Origin: Candidatus Dojkabacteria bacterium
GTDB lineage: Bacteria > Patescibacteriota > Dojkabacteria > B142 > JAFGMG01
DNA: 64,000 nt
Assembly: GCA_016927655.1 (NCBI GenBank)
Contig: JAFGMG010000001.1
Span: 34,818-98,817 of the forward strand
Reading direction: 5' to 3'
The notes beneath the pieces were generated by a model. It saw only the letters and a list, made by a program, of their open reading frames with translations, searched no databases and was not told where the DNA came from. Below are positions 1 through 9,878 of the stretch, piece by piece. Position 1 is the stretch's first letter. Each line of letters begins with the position of its first letter. The position numbers and the translations under genes were made by a program.

Positions 1-792
1 CGCTATACTCAAATCAGTTATTTCTTCATCGTTTGAGACTGAATAGATCTTTCCAGATGTCTCTTTTGTGAACATTGCCTTTATAATTCCATAGGCTGCA
101 TCAAGCACATGCACATACATATTTGACTCAAGGCCATCTGATTTCAGCTTCAAATCTTTGCCCATCACTGCTTCCATTACAAGCTGATCAAATGAGTGAT
201 CTAGATCAAAATCCATTCCGGGACCTACTACCCTTCCGAGCCGAACGATGCGTGCGTCCAGGTCTAATTTTTCCATCGCTTCAAATACAAGTGCTTCAGC
301 GTATCTTTGCATCTCTGTTTGAGAATAAACTGCGTGTTTTTCTTTTGTATTTTTACCAAAATCTATTTCTTCTCTTGAGTTTAGAATTATCTGATTTGCT
401 TTTATTGAAGAACTCAGAAGCATTTTTGCCTTGTATTTGCCAGTTAGATTGATTATCAAATCAAGATAATTTGAATATTGCAAAAACTCCTGACTTGAAA
501 GCTTTGAGCTTGGATGATCATAGTTGTGTCCCAGATAAAAAACATAATCAAGTCTTCTAAGGTCGTCATCCAGAAATTCAACTGAAGAATAATCTAGGAT
601 CGTGAGTAATTTCTGATTTTTGATTACCTCATATTTCTCTCTGGTTTTCTCACTGTCCCTGTCAATAATAACCACATACCCGCCCTGCTCGATAAGACTT
701 TTTGCAATTTCTACAGCTAGAAAATCGTCTCCGCCTATTATCAAAGAGGTTGGATATTTCACACTTGATTTTAATTTATTTTTATTACTCAT
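1..792 (-). CDS. NAD(P)-binding Rossmann-fold epimerase/dehydratase-like protein. Partial: start codon at 792, 3' end runs off the window
   Basis: Minus-strand frame stays open across the whole interval with no stop. Translation begins MSNKNKLKSSVKYPTSLIIGGDDFLAVEIAKSL, a Rossmann GxxGxxG-like N-terminus, with later motifs resembling NAD-dependent epimerases. Absent from the ORF track because it is truncated by the window edge. Confidence 0.45.
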   Translation of the reverse strand, partial: MSNKNKLKSSVKYPTSLIIGGDDFLAVEIAKSLIEQGGYVVIIDRDSEKTREKYEVIKNQKLLTILDYSSVEFLDDDLRRLDYVFYLGHNYDHPSSKLSSQEFLQYSNYLDLIINLTGKYKAKMLLSSSIKANQIILNSREEIDFGKNTKEKHAVYSQTEMQRYAEALVFEAMEKLDLDARIVRLGRVVGPGMDFDLDHSFDQLVMEAVMGKDLKLKSDGLESNMYVHVLDAAYGIIKAMFTKETSGKIYSVSNDEEITDLSIA

Positions 793-1480
793 TTACTTCA
801 ATAATTTCAATTGGAATTTGAAAAAGGCTTACTTCAACATTAATATCATATCCGCTGAGTAATTCTCTCTGGACATCATCATCCGGCAGTAGACTAAACT
901 CAATCGTTTCAAAATTTTCTTTTAGAATTTTTATATTATAATCCTCAAATAGATTTATTTCATAATTACTAACAGGCGAACTGCCGGCATCTAAATTATT
1001 GATTATGACATTGCTCACATCTGGAGAAGTCGTGATATTCAACTTTGGGGAACCAGGATTTATTGCCCTGGATGTTGTAATGAGATAACCTTCCGAAAAA
1101 TCCTTTGTTGGTCCAAGCTCATATGCGATGACAGTATTTATACCTTTTTCGAACTTGATTACCCTGTTTAACTGATAATAAATCGGATCGTTTGCCTGAT
1201 CTTCAGGGACACGCTTGACAGTTACTAAATGCTCTCCTGGATCGATTTCGACAATATCTAGCGGGGAACCGTCAACAGTAACGTTCCCGGCAAGTTCGCC
1301 ATCGATTTCTACTTCTATTTCACCTGAGAGAGAATACACCTGAAGCCCTGCATAATCAATACTTTGCTTTAGACCGAAAAACTCCATTAAAGAGAAATCA
1401 AGGTTTCTCCATGGAGACCATACTCCAATGATAACGAGCAGAGTAATAACAACAATTGCGATACTGACTTTTTTCAACAC
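785..1480 (-). CDS. hypothetical membrane-anchored / secreted protein
   Basis: 231-aa ORF with an N-terminal hydrophobic segment (VSIAIVVITLLVIIGV). No recognisable catalytic motifs. Confidence 0.45.
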   Translation of the reverse strand: MLKKVSIAIVVITLLVIIGVWSPWRNLDFSLMEFFGLKQSIDYAGLQVYSLSGEIEVEIDGELAGNVTVDGSPLDIVEIDPGEHLVTVKRVPEDQANDPIYYQLNRVIKFEKGINTVIAYELGPTKDFSEGYLITTSRAINPGSPKLNITTSPDVSNVIINNLDAGSSPVSNYEINLFEDYNIKILKENFETIEFSLLPDDDVQRELLSGYDINVEVSLFQIPIEIIEVNE

Positions 1481-1547
1481 CTTTGGCAGCTAAATATAGA
1501 CTTCATTATAGGTAAGAAGTGGAAATACGTCCAGAGATTTGTGCCGT

Positions 1548-1934
1548 TTACCTCTTTGAGAATTGTCTTTGTTTCCTTGCTTTCCTAAGACCAGTCTTTT
1601 TTCTTTCTGTCATTCGATCATCTCTAGTGAGTAGTCCAGCTTTTTTGACAATTGTCTTGAATTCAGGATTCTCTTTTGCAAGCGCTCTTGCTATTGCGTG
1701 TTTGATTGCGTCAATCTGGGAGCTCACTCCACCACCTTGAGTTTTAGCCGTGAAATAATGCGAATCTATTGTTTCAGTCAGCTTCAACGGCTCAAGAATT
1801 CTGGCTCTGTCGTTTGGATCGGGATATACTTCTTCGATTTTTTTATCATTCACCAAATTATCTCCCTTTTGCGGATATAGTCTTAGAGTTGATGTTGATG
1901 TTTTTCGTCTTCCTTTTGTATATATGTACTTCAT
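1548..1934 (-). CDS. rpsI: 30S ribosomal protein S9
   Basis: C-terminal ...GLRKARKQRQFSKR is the S9 signature. Follows rplM as in the rplM-rpsI operon. Confidence 0.9.
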   Translation of the reverse strand: MKYIYTKGRRKTSTSTLRLYPQKGDNLVNDKKIEEVYPDPNDRARILEPLKLTETIDSHYFTAKTQGGGVSSQIDAIKHAIARALAKENPEFKTIVKKAGLLTRDDRMTERKKTGLRKARKQRQFSKR

Positions 1935-2368
1935 GAGTTTTCTATTTCAATTTTAATAGGTTTTTGTGCTTCATGCGGGTGACTTTCTCCTTCGAAAACA
2001 TAAAGCCTTTTTAACATTGCTGAGCCGATTTTATTATTTGGCAGCATACCCCTTACCGCAAGCCTGATAACCTCTTCAGGTTTCTCATCCATCATAGTTT
2101 TCAGGCTTTTTTGTTTTAGTCCGCCCATATGACCTGAGTGTCTGTAATACATTTTCCTATCAAGCTTTTTTGGGTGTACTGACAATTTTTTCGCATTTAT
2201 CACGACAACTTGATCCCCATTATCCAGATGGCCGGAAAGTTGCACTTTATTTTTGCCGATAAGCCTTGTCGCTATTTCAGTAGCTAATCTCCCCAGCCTT
2301 ATATTTGCTGCATCTATCAGATACCAGTCACGTTTTATTTCTTTTTCAGTCATTGTTCTTGTCTTCAT
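1931..2368 (-). CDS. rplM: 50S ribosomal protein L13
   Basis: N-terminal KRDWYLIDAANIRLGRLATEIA matches the L13 family. Confidence 0.9.
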   Translation of the reverse strand: MKTRTMTEKEIKRDWYLIDAANIRLGRLATEIATRLIGKNKVQLSGHLDNGDQVVVINAKKLSVHPKKLDRKMYYRHSGHMGGLKQKSLKTMMDEKPEEVIRLAVRGMLPNNKIGSAMLKRLYVFEGESHPHEAQKPIKIEIENS

Positions 2369-2775
2369 TTTTTATTCTTTTTAGCTTTTTTATCCTTTTT
2401 ATCTTTTGGCTTATCTTCGAGGCTCAGTTTTAAAAGGGACATTTTAGAATTATCTCCCTTCCTGTTCTCGACTTTATAGATTTTTGTAAATCCGCCAGTT
2501 TTGCTGTTATCCAGCAAAGGTTTGAGATCCTTTATCAAGTAATCATTCAAATCCTTTGTTTTTAGACGTTTTTCCAAAAAGCGCTCTAATTCCATACCTT
2601 CTTTATTTACCAGTCCAAAGAGCAGTTTATCACTAAATTGCTTTACTACTTTTGCTTTTGCAGTTGTAGTTTCAAGACGTTTATAGCGGACAAGCGACTT
2701 TGCCTGAATTATTATCAGAGCATCACGTTCGCTTTTCGGTCTCGATAGGTTGTTTACTTTATTGCCGTGTCTCAT
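2365..2775 (-). CDS. rplQ: 50S ribosomal protein L17 with a Lys-rich C-terminal extension
   Basis: MRHGNKVNNLSRPKSER... is an L17-type start. Sits directly downstream of rpoA. Confidence 0.85.
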   Translation of the reverse strand: MRHGNKVNNLSRPKSERDALIIIQAKSLVRYKRLETTTAKAKVVKQFSDKLLFGLVNKEGMELERFLEKRLKTKDLNDYLIKDLKPLLDNSKTGGFTKIYKVENRKGDNSKMSLLKLSLEDKPKDKKDKKAKKNKK

Positions 2776-3713
2776 TTTTTAAGTGAAAATCCAAAATCAG
2801 TTAATATTTCATTTAATTCTTCAAATGACTTGCTTCCCATTCCCCGATAATTCTCAACCTCTTCATAATCTTTTGAATCTAATTCATTTAGTGTAGCAAT
2901 TCCGGCATTCATCAAAGAATTTGTCAATCTTGTGGACATACTGACCTCGCTGATTTTTATTTTCTCTCCATCTTCCTCTTTTGTACTCTCTTTGCTCATT
3001 GAGGCAACCTCATCGGAATCTCCTCCAAAAATATTCACCAATTTATTTGCGATCATGTCATAAATTTCCGCTGCTTCCAGGAGAACTTCGGCTGGAGTTT
3101 TTACTTTGTTCGTAGTGATATTTAGATTTATCAAATCATAGTCAGTTCTTTGTCCAACTCGAGCTTGTGCAATCTGATACTCAACCCTCACAACAGGATT
3201 AAAGTTCGCATCAATTGGTAAATTCCCGATTTCTTTTCTAATGCTCTCATCAGGATATGCATATCCGATACCCCTTTTTATCCTTATTTCCGCATCAATT
3301 TTGCTTGCAGCTCCTGATAAAGTTGTAATAACAAGATCCTTATTTACAATCTCCACATCAGCATTTGGCTCGATGTCTTTAGCTGTAATTTCGACTACGT
3401 CACCTTTTTTGCCTTTCTTACTTAGCTTCAATACTACGTCATCTTGAGTATGTGAAACTATGGCGAGCTCTTTGATATTTAGTAAAATAGCCAAAACGTC
3501 ATCCTGGACTCCTTCTAAAGAACTATACTCATGATCTACTCCGTTTAGCTTTACTCCAACAACTGCTGCGCCCTCGATTGAAGAAAGAAGTATTCTTCTT
3601 AAAGAATTTGCGACTGTATGTCCGAATCCTTTTGGCAATGGACCGATTTCATATTCACCATGTTCCCCGTCTTCTTTTATTTTCTTTAGTTTAAATTTGT
3701 CAATTTCCAGCAT
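2772..3713 (-). CDS. rpoA: DNA-directed RNA polymerase alpha subunit
   Basis: 313 aa. Has the N-terminal dimerisation domain pattern (GHTVANSLRRILLSS) and lies between S4 and L17 as in the conserved alpha operon. Confidence 0.9.
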   Translation of the reverse strand: MLEIDKFKLKKIKEDGEHGEYEIGPLPKGFGHTVANSLRRILLSSIEGAAVVGVKLNGVDHEYSSLEGVQDDVLAILLNIKELAIVSHTQDDVVLKLSKKGKKGDVVEITAKDIEPNADVEIVNKDLVITTLSGAASKIDAEIRIKRGIGYAYPDESIRKEIGNLPIDANFNPVVRVEYQIAQARVGQRTDYDLINLNITTNKVKTPAEVLLEAAEIYDMIANKLVNIFGGDSDEVASMSKESTKEEDGEKIKISEVSMSTRLTNSLMNAGIATLNELDSKDYEEVENYRGMGSKSFEELNEILTDFGFSLKK

Positions 3714-3754
3714 TTGAATTGAAGTAATAATTAAATCTCAATATTAAATAGTTA

Positions 3755-4354
3755 TTATCTTGAATATAATTCAACTATACTTTGTTCTTTGATACTCTTG
3801 TCCATTTGATCTCTCGTTGGCTCTGCCAAGACTTTCCCGCTTGTTTTGGCCTTCGAAAGCCATTCTGGCGCTTTATGTTTCTCAGCTTTTAACTCTGCAT
3901 CGATTTGATCTGATATCGGAGATTTTGTAAACTTTGACTTCAAGCTGACCTCATCCCCGACATTTAGAATCATCGAAGGAATATCCGCTCTCACGCCATT
4001 AACTTGTACATGACCATGATTTACAAATTGTCTGGCCTGGTTTCTCGTTTTTGCAAATCCAAGCCTATAGACAACATTATCAAGCCTCAATTCAAGTAAT
4101 TGTAGAAATCTCGTTCCAGTATTTCCAGTCGCTTTCTTTGCTTCAGCAAAAAATCTTCTAAATTGTTTCTCAGTCATCAGATACATTCTTTTGACCTTTT
4201 GTTTTTCTCTAAACTGAATAGCAAAGTTAGAAGGTCTTTTCCTGCTAACTGGGTGCTGTCCTGGCAACCCTGTTCTCTTTTTCCAGGCATCACTTCCGAA
4301 TATTGTTGCTTGTTCTCTTCTTTCAAGTTTTCTTTTTGGTCCTGTATATCTCAT
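3755..4354 (-). CDS. rpsD: 30S ribosomal protein S4
   Basis: MRYTGPKRKL..., plus an S4 RNA-binding domain pattern. Confidence 0.9.
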   Translation of the reverse strand: MRYTGPKRKLERREQATIFGSDAWKKRTGLPGQHPVSRKRPSNFAIQFREKQKVKRMYLMTEKQFRRFFAEAKKATGNTGTRFLQLLELRLDNVVYRLGFAKTRNQARQFVNHGHVQVNGVRADIPSMILNVGDEVSLKSKFTKSPISDQIDAELKAEKHKAPEWLSKAKTSGKVLAEPTRDQMDKSIKEQSIVELYSR

Positions 4355-4378
4355 ACTAAGTGATTATTTCAAATTAAA

Positions 4379-4831
4379 CTATTTCTTTGGACTCTTCCTT
4401 GATACTGTCCCTCCATGTTTTACCGGTGTGTAATCAGAAAGTGAGGTAATTTTCAATCCTCCCGATCTAATGCCTTTTACAGCAGCCTGCCTGCCCATTC
4501 CCATACCAGACACAACGACAATCGCTTCTTTTGCTCCGTGTTTAGCTGCTTTAGCAACTGCATCTTCAGCAGCTTTCGTGGCTGCAAACGCAGTACTTTT
4601 TTTCGAACCGGTAAATCCGATTAAACCACCGCTGCTGCTCGCAAGAACGTTCCCATCATAATCAGTTATCGTAACGATGGTGTTGTTGTATCCGCTTTTT
4701 ATTTTAACTTTAACCTTCTGTACATTCTTTTTCTTCGTTTTTTTTGTCGCAACAGGCGCTTTTGCCACCTTCGCTGCTTTGCCCGCCTTTTCAACTTTTA
4801 CATCTTTAGTTTTTTCAGTATTTTTTGCCAT
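4379..4831 (-). CDS. rpsK: 30S ribosomal protein S11 with a Lys/Ala-rich N-terminal extension
   Basis: Core S11 motifs (IVTITDYDGNVLASSSGG...GSKKST). C-terminus is TPVKHGG. Confidence 0.9.
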   Translation of the reverse strand: MAKNTEKTKDVKVEKAGKAAKVAKAPVATKKTKKKNVQKVKVKIKSGYNNTIVTITDYDGNVLASSSGGLIGFTGSKKSTAFAATKAAEDAVAKAAKHGAKEAIVVVSGMGMGRQAAVKGIRSGGLKITSLSDYTPVKHGGTVSRKSPKK

Positions 4832-4851
4832 GTTGTTATTAGTATATTAAA

Positions 4852-5235
4852 TCAAGTTTTTTCAATCTTTCTTTTTAGGCCGCCGACTGCAATATTCCTA
4901 CCTTTTCTAGTAACGGCATTAGTTCTAGTCCGCTGACCTCTAACTGGCAGACTCAATCTGTGTCGCAAACCCCTATAGGATTTGATATCTTTAAGCCTTT
5001 TTATATTTTTGAAAACCTCCTGTTTGAGCTCTCCTTCAACTGTAAAGCTCTCCTCAACGACTTGTGCAATTTTCATCAATTTTTGCTCGTCGAGGTCTTT
5101 TACCCTGACTAACGGATCAATATTTACCATTTTGAGAATTTTTGCTGATGCCGCGTCGCCTACTCCATAAATATAGGTAAGTGCAACTCCGATTCCCTTT
5201 TCGTTTGGTATTTCTACTCCTAATATTCTAGCCAT
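4852..5235 (-). CDS. rpsM: 30S ribosomal protein S13
   Basis: MARILGVEIPNEK..., then GIGVALTYIYGVG and a C-terminal RGQRTRTNA. Confidence 0.9.
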   Translation of the reverse strand: MARILGVEIPNEKGIGVALTYIYGVGDAASAKILKMVNIDPLVRVKDLDEQKLMKIAQVVEESFTVEGELKQEVFKNIKRLKDIKSYRGLRHRLSLPVRGQRTRTNAVTRKGRNIAVGGLKRKIEKT

Positions 5236-5265
5236 TTTTCAAAATATTAATTAAATGTAAAGAGT

Positions 5266-5397
5266 CTAACCTTGTCTTTGTTTATGCCGTGGATTCTTTT
5301 TACAATAAACGTACATTATCGTCTTCCCTTTGGAGTTCTTCCTTTTGACAATGTAACAATGTACACATCTTTTTTTAACTGACGATTTTACGTTCAT
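5266..5397 (-). CDS. rpmJ: 50S ribosomal protein L36. The reading frame as given is disrupted by two compensating 1-nt indels
   Basis: From the ATG at 5397 the translation is [19 protein letters not shown]. The L36 body ([19 protein letters not shown]) is in the +1 frame, and the C-terminal QRQG-stop is back in frame 0. The interval length is a multiple of 3. Confidence 0.4.
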   Translation of the reverse strand: MNVKSSVKKRCVHCYIVKRKNSKGKTIMYVYCKKNPRHKQRQG

Positions 5398-5403
5398 TTG
5401 CTA

Positions 5404-5631
5404 TTAGTATCTGTAAGTAATTCTTCCTTTATCAAGATCGTATGGGCTCATCTCTACATCTACCTCATCTCCCTGGATAAGCTTGATGTAGTGCATCCTC
5501 ATCTTTCCCGAGATGTATCCTAAAATTGTATGTTCTTTGCCTTTAAGATCAATCATTACTTTGAATTTTGTGTTGGGCAATACTTCGACAATTTTCCCTC
5601 TTACCTTGATTTTCTTCTTCGGATCCTTCAT
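5404..5631 (-). CDS. infA: translation initiation factor IF-1
   Basis: 75-aa S1-like OB-fold protein: [15 protein letters not shown]...[22 protein letters not shown]. Confidence 0.9.
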   Translation of the reverse strand: MKDPKKKIKVRGKIVEVLPNTKFKVMIDLKGKEHTILGYISGKMRMHYIKLIQGDEVDVEMSPYDLDKGRITYRY

Positions 5632-5708
5632 AAATACCTAAAGACAATAAAATAAGCTCTCTTATTTTTTACCAAAGAGAACTATATGAATTATATCAAA
5701 ATTTGGCT

Positions 5709-6488
5709 TTAAAACAAGCCCTTTTCGCTTCTTTTTGTCAAAATCTCCACTCCTGAGGCATTTAAAGCAACTGTATGTTCAAACATTGCAAATCTTCCAC
5801 CATCTGTTAATCTTGTTGACCAGCCATCCGAGTCTAATGTGATATCCGGTTCATATTCTGCAACCATAGGCTCTATAGTGAAAACCATTCCTTCTTTTAG
5901 CTCTTCCCCCTGGCCTGGTGTCCCGAAACAAGGAATTTTTGGTTCTTCATGCATTTCTTGCCCGATTCCATGCCCGACATAATTTCTCAAAACACTAAAT
6001 CCAAGCGGCTTGATAATTCCCTCCATTGCTGCCCCCAAATCTCCAATTGTCTTTCCGGCCTTTACTGTTGATATTGCTTTTTCCATGGCTTTTTTGGTAT
6101 TTTCAATCAGCTCTCTCCCTTTTGTATCAACATTCCAGATTCCTTTTGTCACAGCATGATCTACAAACCAGCCGTCTTGATCAATAACCATATCGATTGT
6201 TACAATATCTCCATCCTTAAATTTGTTATCTTTAGGTATATTGTGTACTGCCTGATCGTTGACACCAATACAAGTCGCTGCCGGATAACCCATGTAACCC
6301 ATACATGAAGGATTTACTTCAAATTCCCGGCAGAGTTCTATTGCTCTTTTTTCAAGGTCCAGCGGAGTATTTCCTACCTCAACCAGTTCGTATAAATTAG
6401 CAACAATTTCAGCTAGAATTGAACCCAGCTCCTTCATTTTCTCAACCTGCTGGGGTGTTTTGAGTATTATTCCCGTTTTCGCACTCAT
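5709..6488 (-). CDS. map: methionine aminopeptidase type I
   Basis: 259 aa. Metal-ligand pattern (D...D...H...E...E) typical of MetAP. Positioned between secY and infA. Confidence 0.9.
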   Translation of the reverse strand: MSAKTGIILKTPQQVEKMKELGSILAEIVANLYELVEVGNTPLDLEKRAIELCREFEVNPSCMGYMGYPAATCIGVNDQAVHNIPKDNKFKDGDIVTIDMVIDQDGWFVDHAVTKGIWNVDTKGRELIENTKKAMEKAISTVKAGKTIGDLGAAMEGIIKPLGFSVLRNYVGHGIGQEMHEEPKIPCFGTPGQGEELKEGMVFTIEPMVAEYEPDITLDSDGWSTRLTDGGRFAMFEHTVALNASGVEILTKRSEKGLF

Positions 6489-7843
6489 CTTATGTATTTT
6501 TCGTAGCTGCTGGTTACAATATATGATCCGATCTGTCTATATGTGTCAACGATTACCCCGACAATAATCAATATACTAGTCCCTCCGATTCCTGATAGAA
6601 CCAAAAGATTCTGCTCCTGGAATCCGATTTGGAAAAGAGTCGGCACTAATGCTACACTTGCTAAAAATATCGCTCCTACAAATGTAAGTTTTATAAGCAC
6701 GTGGGAAATGAATTTTGCTGTAGAGTCTCCAGGCCTTATACCGGGAATAAATCCGCCGCTCTTTCTAAGATTGTCTGCCACTTCGTCTGGTTTCATCACA
6801 ACAAAAGTATAAAAGTACGAAAATCCAACGATTAAGACAAAGTATGTAATCAAGTAGCCTACAGAATTAAAGTCAGTTAAAAATGAATCGTTTACTGTTC
6901 GTGCAATGTCAAAAAATATTCCAGAATCTAACTGCTGCACTGCAAATTGAGCGATTATTTGAGGGAATGTCAATAATGATGAAGCGAAGATTACCGGGAT
7001 AACTCCTGCCTGGTTAAGTTTCAATGGCAGGAAACTGCTTTGCATGCTTCCTGTAGTCCTTACACGTCTTGCGTATTGGATTTTTAGTTTCCTTGTTGCT
7101 TCAGTCACATATACAATTCCGGCAATCATGACTGTAAACCCAAGGATCAAAACAGCAATTGCATAAAAACTCTGCATTCTAAATAGATCGCTGAATTTAT
7201 CAAGCTCAGAGAAATCCAGGGAAAGTGATTCGAAATCCTGTCTAACTAAGGAAGGCAGCGAACCTAAAATACCAATTGTAATAATGATTGACGAACCATT
7301 TCCAATACCCCTGTCACTTATGTTTTCTCCAAGCCACATAAGCAACATACTGCCTGCTGTAAGGGCGAGAACCATTAAAGCTTTATCAATTGCAGTTACT
7401 CCAACAACGAAATCTGCCAAAGCCGGCTGAGATTCCATTTGAGAAAGCAATAGGACAATAATCACGATAGACTGAATCAATGCAAGCGGCAATGTCAAAT
7501 ATCTTGTGTATTGATTGATAATTTTTTTGCCTCTTTCCCCCTCTTTGGAAATTTCTTCGAGCTGAGGAATAATTGAGCTTAGAAGCTGCATAATAATCGA
7601 AGCGTTAATGTACGGGCCGATACCAATCGCAACAATTGAGAAGCTATCAATTCTTCCCCCGGTAATAAGTGTATAAAACGTTGAAAATGGATTATCCCCT
7701 GTGGTTTCTTGTATTACATCATTTGTAAATCCCGGAATCGGGACTATATTTAGCAGCCTTATAATCAGTATAATACCCAGGGTAAAAATAATTCTGTTAC
7801 GCAATTCTTTGTTTGAAAATACGCTTTTGATTTTCGCTAACAT
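6485..7843 (-). CDS. secY: preprotein translocase subunit SecY
   Basis: 452-aa polytopic membrane protein located after rplO. No adk gene lies between secY and map. Confidence 0.9.
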   Translation of the reverse strand: MLAKIKSVFSNKELRNRIIFTLGIILIIRLLNIVPIPGFTNDVIQETTGDNPFSTFYTLITGGRIDSFSIVAIGIGPYINASIIMQLLSSIIPQLEEISKEGERGKKIINQYTRYLTLPLALIQSIVIIVLLLSQMESQPALADFVVGVTAIDKALMVLALTAGSMLLMWLGENISDRGIGNGSSIIITIGILGSLPSLVRQDFESLSLDFSELDKFSDLFRMQSFYAIAVLILGFTVMIAGIVYVTEATRKLKIQYARRVRTTGSMQSSFLPLKLNQAGVIPVIFASSLLTFPQIIAQFAVQQLDSGIFFDIARTVNDSFLTDFNSVGYLITYFVLIVGFSYFYTFVVMKPDEVADNLRKSGGFIPGIRPGDSTAKFISHVLIKLTFVGAIFLASVALVPTLFQIGFQEQNLLVLSGIGGTSILIIVGVIVDTYRQIGSYIVTSSYEKYIR

Positions 7844-7871
7844 AGGATTATAAGAATATTTTTAGATACCT

Positions 7872-8318
7872 TTACGCCTCGATTTTGCCGCCGGCTTTTT
7901 CAATCGCTGCTCTTGCTGTTTTGGACGTGTCGATCCCTTTGATAGTCAGCTTCTTTTTTAATTCTCCGTTAGCGACAATTTTTATATCAAGATTTTGTGA
8001 TTTACTAGATATCAAACCGCTTTTCTCAAGAGTTTCAGGACTAACTACATCACCTTCAAATTTTTGGAGATCATCAAGTCCTAAAAGGATTTTCTTTGCT
8101 TTTACAAATTCACCTCTTGAAAAACCCTTAAGTTTTGGGATTCTTCTTGAAAGAGGCATTGATCCCCCTTCAAAATCAGGCCTTGGCTTTTTGTAACCTG
8201 CCCTTGATTTTTGACCTTTCTGACCTCTGCCAACAGTATGACCGCCTTTTCCACTCCCATAACCTCTACCAACTCTTTTTCTGCTTTTCGTTTTTATTTT
8301 GTTGAGCTTTTCTAACAT
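7872..8318 (-). CDS. rplO: 50S ribosomal protein L15
   Basis: Gly-rich N-terminus (GRGYGSGKGGHTVGRGQKGQKSR) typical of L15. Follows rpsE directly, with no L30 gene between them. Confidence 0.9.
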   Translation of the reverse strand: MLEKLNKIKTKSRKRVGRGYGSGKGGHTVGRGQKGQKSRAGYKKPRPDFEGGSMPLSRRIPKLKGFSRGEFVKAKKILLGLDDLQKFEGDVVSPETLEKSGLISSKSQNLDIKIVANGELKKKLTIKGIDTSKTARAAIEKAGGKIEA

Positions 8319-8332
8319 ATCGTTTAATTTGT

Positions 8333-8938
8333 TTAAATTCTAGTCGTCTTGATTGAAGCAAGTGCTTCAAGTGTTACATAGGCGTTGTTGATACTATTTC
8401 TACTGCCTAGAACTTTCGTTAATATATCTTTGATACCGGCCATTTCAATAACTGCCCTGACTGAACTCCCGGCAATAATTCCTGTTCCAGGTGCTGCAGG
8501 TTTCAAAAACACTTTAGCTGCACCCTTTTTGTACTGAATATCATGAGCAATAGTATCTCCTTTTTTCTCAATATGAACCAAGTGTTTTTTTGCGTATGAT
8601 ACAGCTTTTTCTTCTGCAGCTTTTACGTCAGCCCCCTTCCCAACACCAATCCCGACATTACCTTTTTTGTCTCCAACCACTACAACAGTACTCAGTCTCA
8701 TTCTTTTTCCTCCTTTGTAAACTCTCGTTACCCGCCTGATTGAAACAATCCTGCTATCATAACCATCATCATTTCCGGCTTTTCTTTTGTCTCTCGACCT
8801 TCTGCCGCTTCTTGGCTGAGTTCTTTTGACTTTAATTCTTTCAAGTGTTTTTTTAGGAGAAGCAGCGTTAGTGCTTACAACTTTTTTTGCCTGCGCTGGT
8901 GTATTTGCTTTTGTTTTCTTTTCTTCGGCGTCTGCCAT
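8333..8938 (-). CDS. rpsE: 30S ribosomal protein S5 with a basic N-terminal extension
   Basis: S5 dsRBD and C-terminal domain motifs (VVVVGDKKGNVGIGVGKGADV...). Confidence 0.9.
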   Translation of the reverse strand: MADAEEKKTKANTPAQAKKVVSTNAASPKKTLERIKVKRTQPRSGRRSRDKRKAGNDDGYDSRIVSIRRVTRVYKGGKRMRLSTVVVVGDKKGNVGIGVGKGADVKAAEEKAVSYAKKHLVHIEKKGDTIAHDIQYKKGAAKVFLKPAAPGTGIIAGSSVRAVIEMAGIKDILTKVLGSRNSINNAYVTLEALASIKTTRI

Positions 8939-8949
8939 TTAAATTTGAA

Positions 8950-9282
8950 TTAAAATTTAAGTCCATTCTGCCTTGCAGCTTCTGCAAGCGCTTTGATTCT
9001 ACCATGATATTTGTAAAAATTCCGATCAAACACGACTTCTTCTATCCCTTTTTTGACAGCTAGTTTTGCAATGGTTTCGCCTACTTTAACCGCCCGCTCT
9101 GTTTTATTTAGTTTTTTATCAATGACTGAATCTGTAGTCCCTACGATAGTATTTCCAGTAGCATCATCAATGACTTGAGCAGAAATATACCTATTGCTTC
9201 TAAAAACTAACAGTCTGTTTTTTCTCTGCTTCTTGAGACCTGCTCTTACTCTGTTTTGTCTTTTTTGTCTTCTTTTTTCCAT
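8950..9282 (-). CDS. rplR: 50S ribosomal protein L18
   Basis: 110-aa basic protein. Position between L6 and S5 and the C-terminal ...[20 protein letters not shown] fit L18. Confidence 0.85.
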   Translation of the reverse strand: MEKRRQKRQNRVRAGLKKQRKNRLLVFRSNRYISAQVIDDATGNTIVGTTDSVIDKKLNKTERAVKVGETIAKLAVKKGIEEVVFDRNFYKYHGRIKALAEAARQNGLKF

Positions 9283-9298
9283 AATTTTATAATTTTAA

Positions 9299-9862
9299 TT
9301 ATTCGGATGCAGCAGCTGCTTTTCCAGCTTTTCTTTTTACCTGCTCGCCTTTGTATCTGATACCTTTGCCCTTATATGGCTCCGGCTTTCTGATTTCTCT
9401 AATTGCCGCTGCGACTTGACCTACTAGATGTTTATCAATTCCAGTGATTTTGACCTCTGTCTTGTCTGCGACCTCAATTTTGATTCCTTCTGGTGTTTTA
9501 TAAAGAACCGGATGAGTAAGTCCTAGAGATAATTCTATATCATTGCCTTTCATCTCAGCTCTATAGCCGACCCCAACCAATTCCAGATCTTTCTGGAATC
9601 CTTTTGTAACACCTTCAATCATGTTTGCAATTAGACTTCTATATAATCCATGCAGCCCCTTGTTCATTTTTGAGTCATTCTTCCTCTCAAGAATAACAGT
9701 ATCATTCTCAACTTTTACATCAATGCCCTTTCTCACATCTTCACTCAATTCACCTTTTGGGCCTTTTACACTGACACTCAAGTGATTGAACCTGCCACCT
9801 GGACTAACCTCTACGCTAACCCCGTTTTCAATTGTTATTGGATTTTTACCAATTCTTGACAT
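9299..9862 (-). CDS. rplF: 50S ribosomal protein L6
   Basis: MSRIGKNPITI..., with the two-domain L6 pattern. Confidence 0.9.
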   Translation of the reverse strand: MSRIGKNPITIENGVSVEVSPGGRFNHLSVSVKGPKGELSEDVRKGIDVKVENDTVILERKNDSKMNKGLHGLYRSLIANMIEGVTKGFQKDLELVGVGYRAEMKGNDIELSLGLTHPVLYKTPEGIKIEVADKTEVKITGIDKHLVGQVAAAIREIRKPEPYKGKGIRYKGEQVKRKAGKAAAASE

Positions 9863-9878
9863 AATATTTTCTTAATTA

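Noticed and set aside
123-452. Plus-strand ORF of 109 aa
   Set aside because: It lies entirely within, and antisense to, the much longer minus-strand epimerase-like reading frame (1..792). Low-complexity translation with no motifs.
620-862. Plus-strand ORF of 80 aa
   Set aside because: Antisense to the junction of two minus-strand genes. Most likely spurious.
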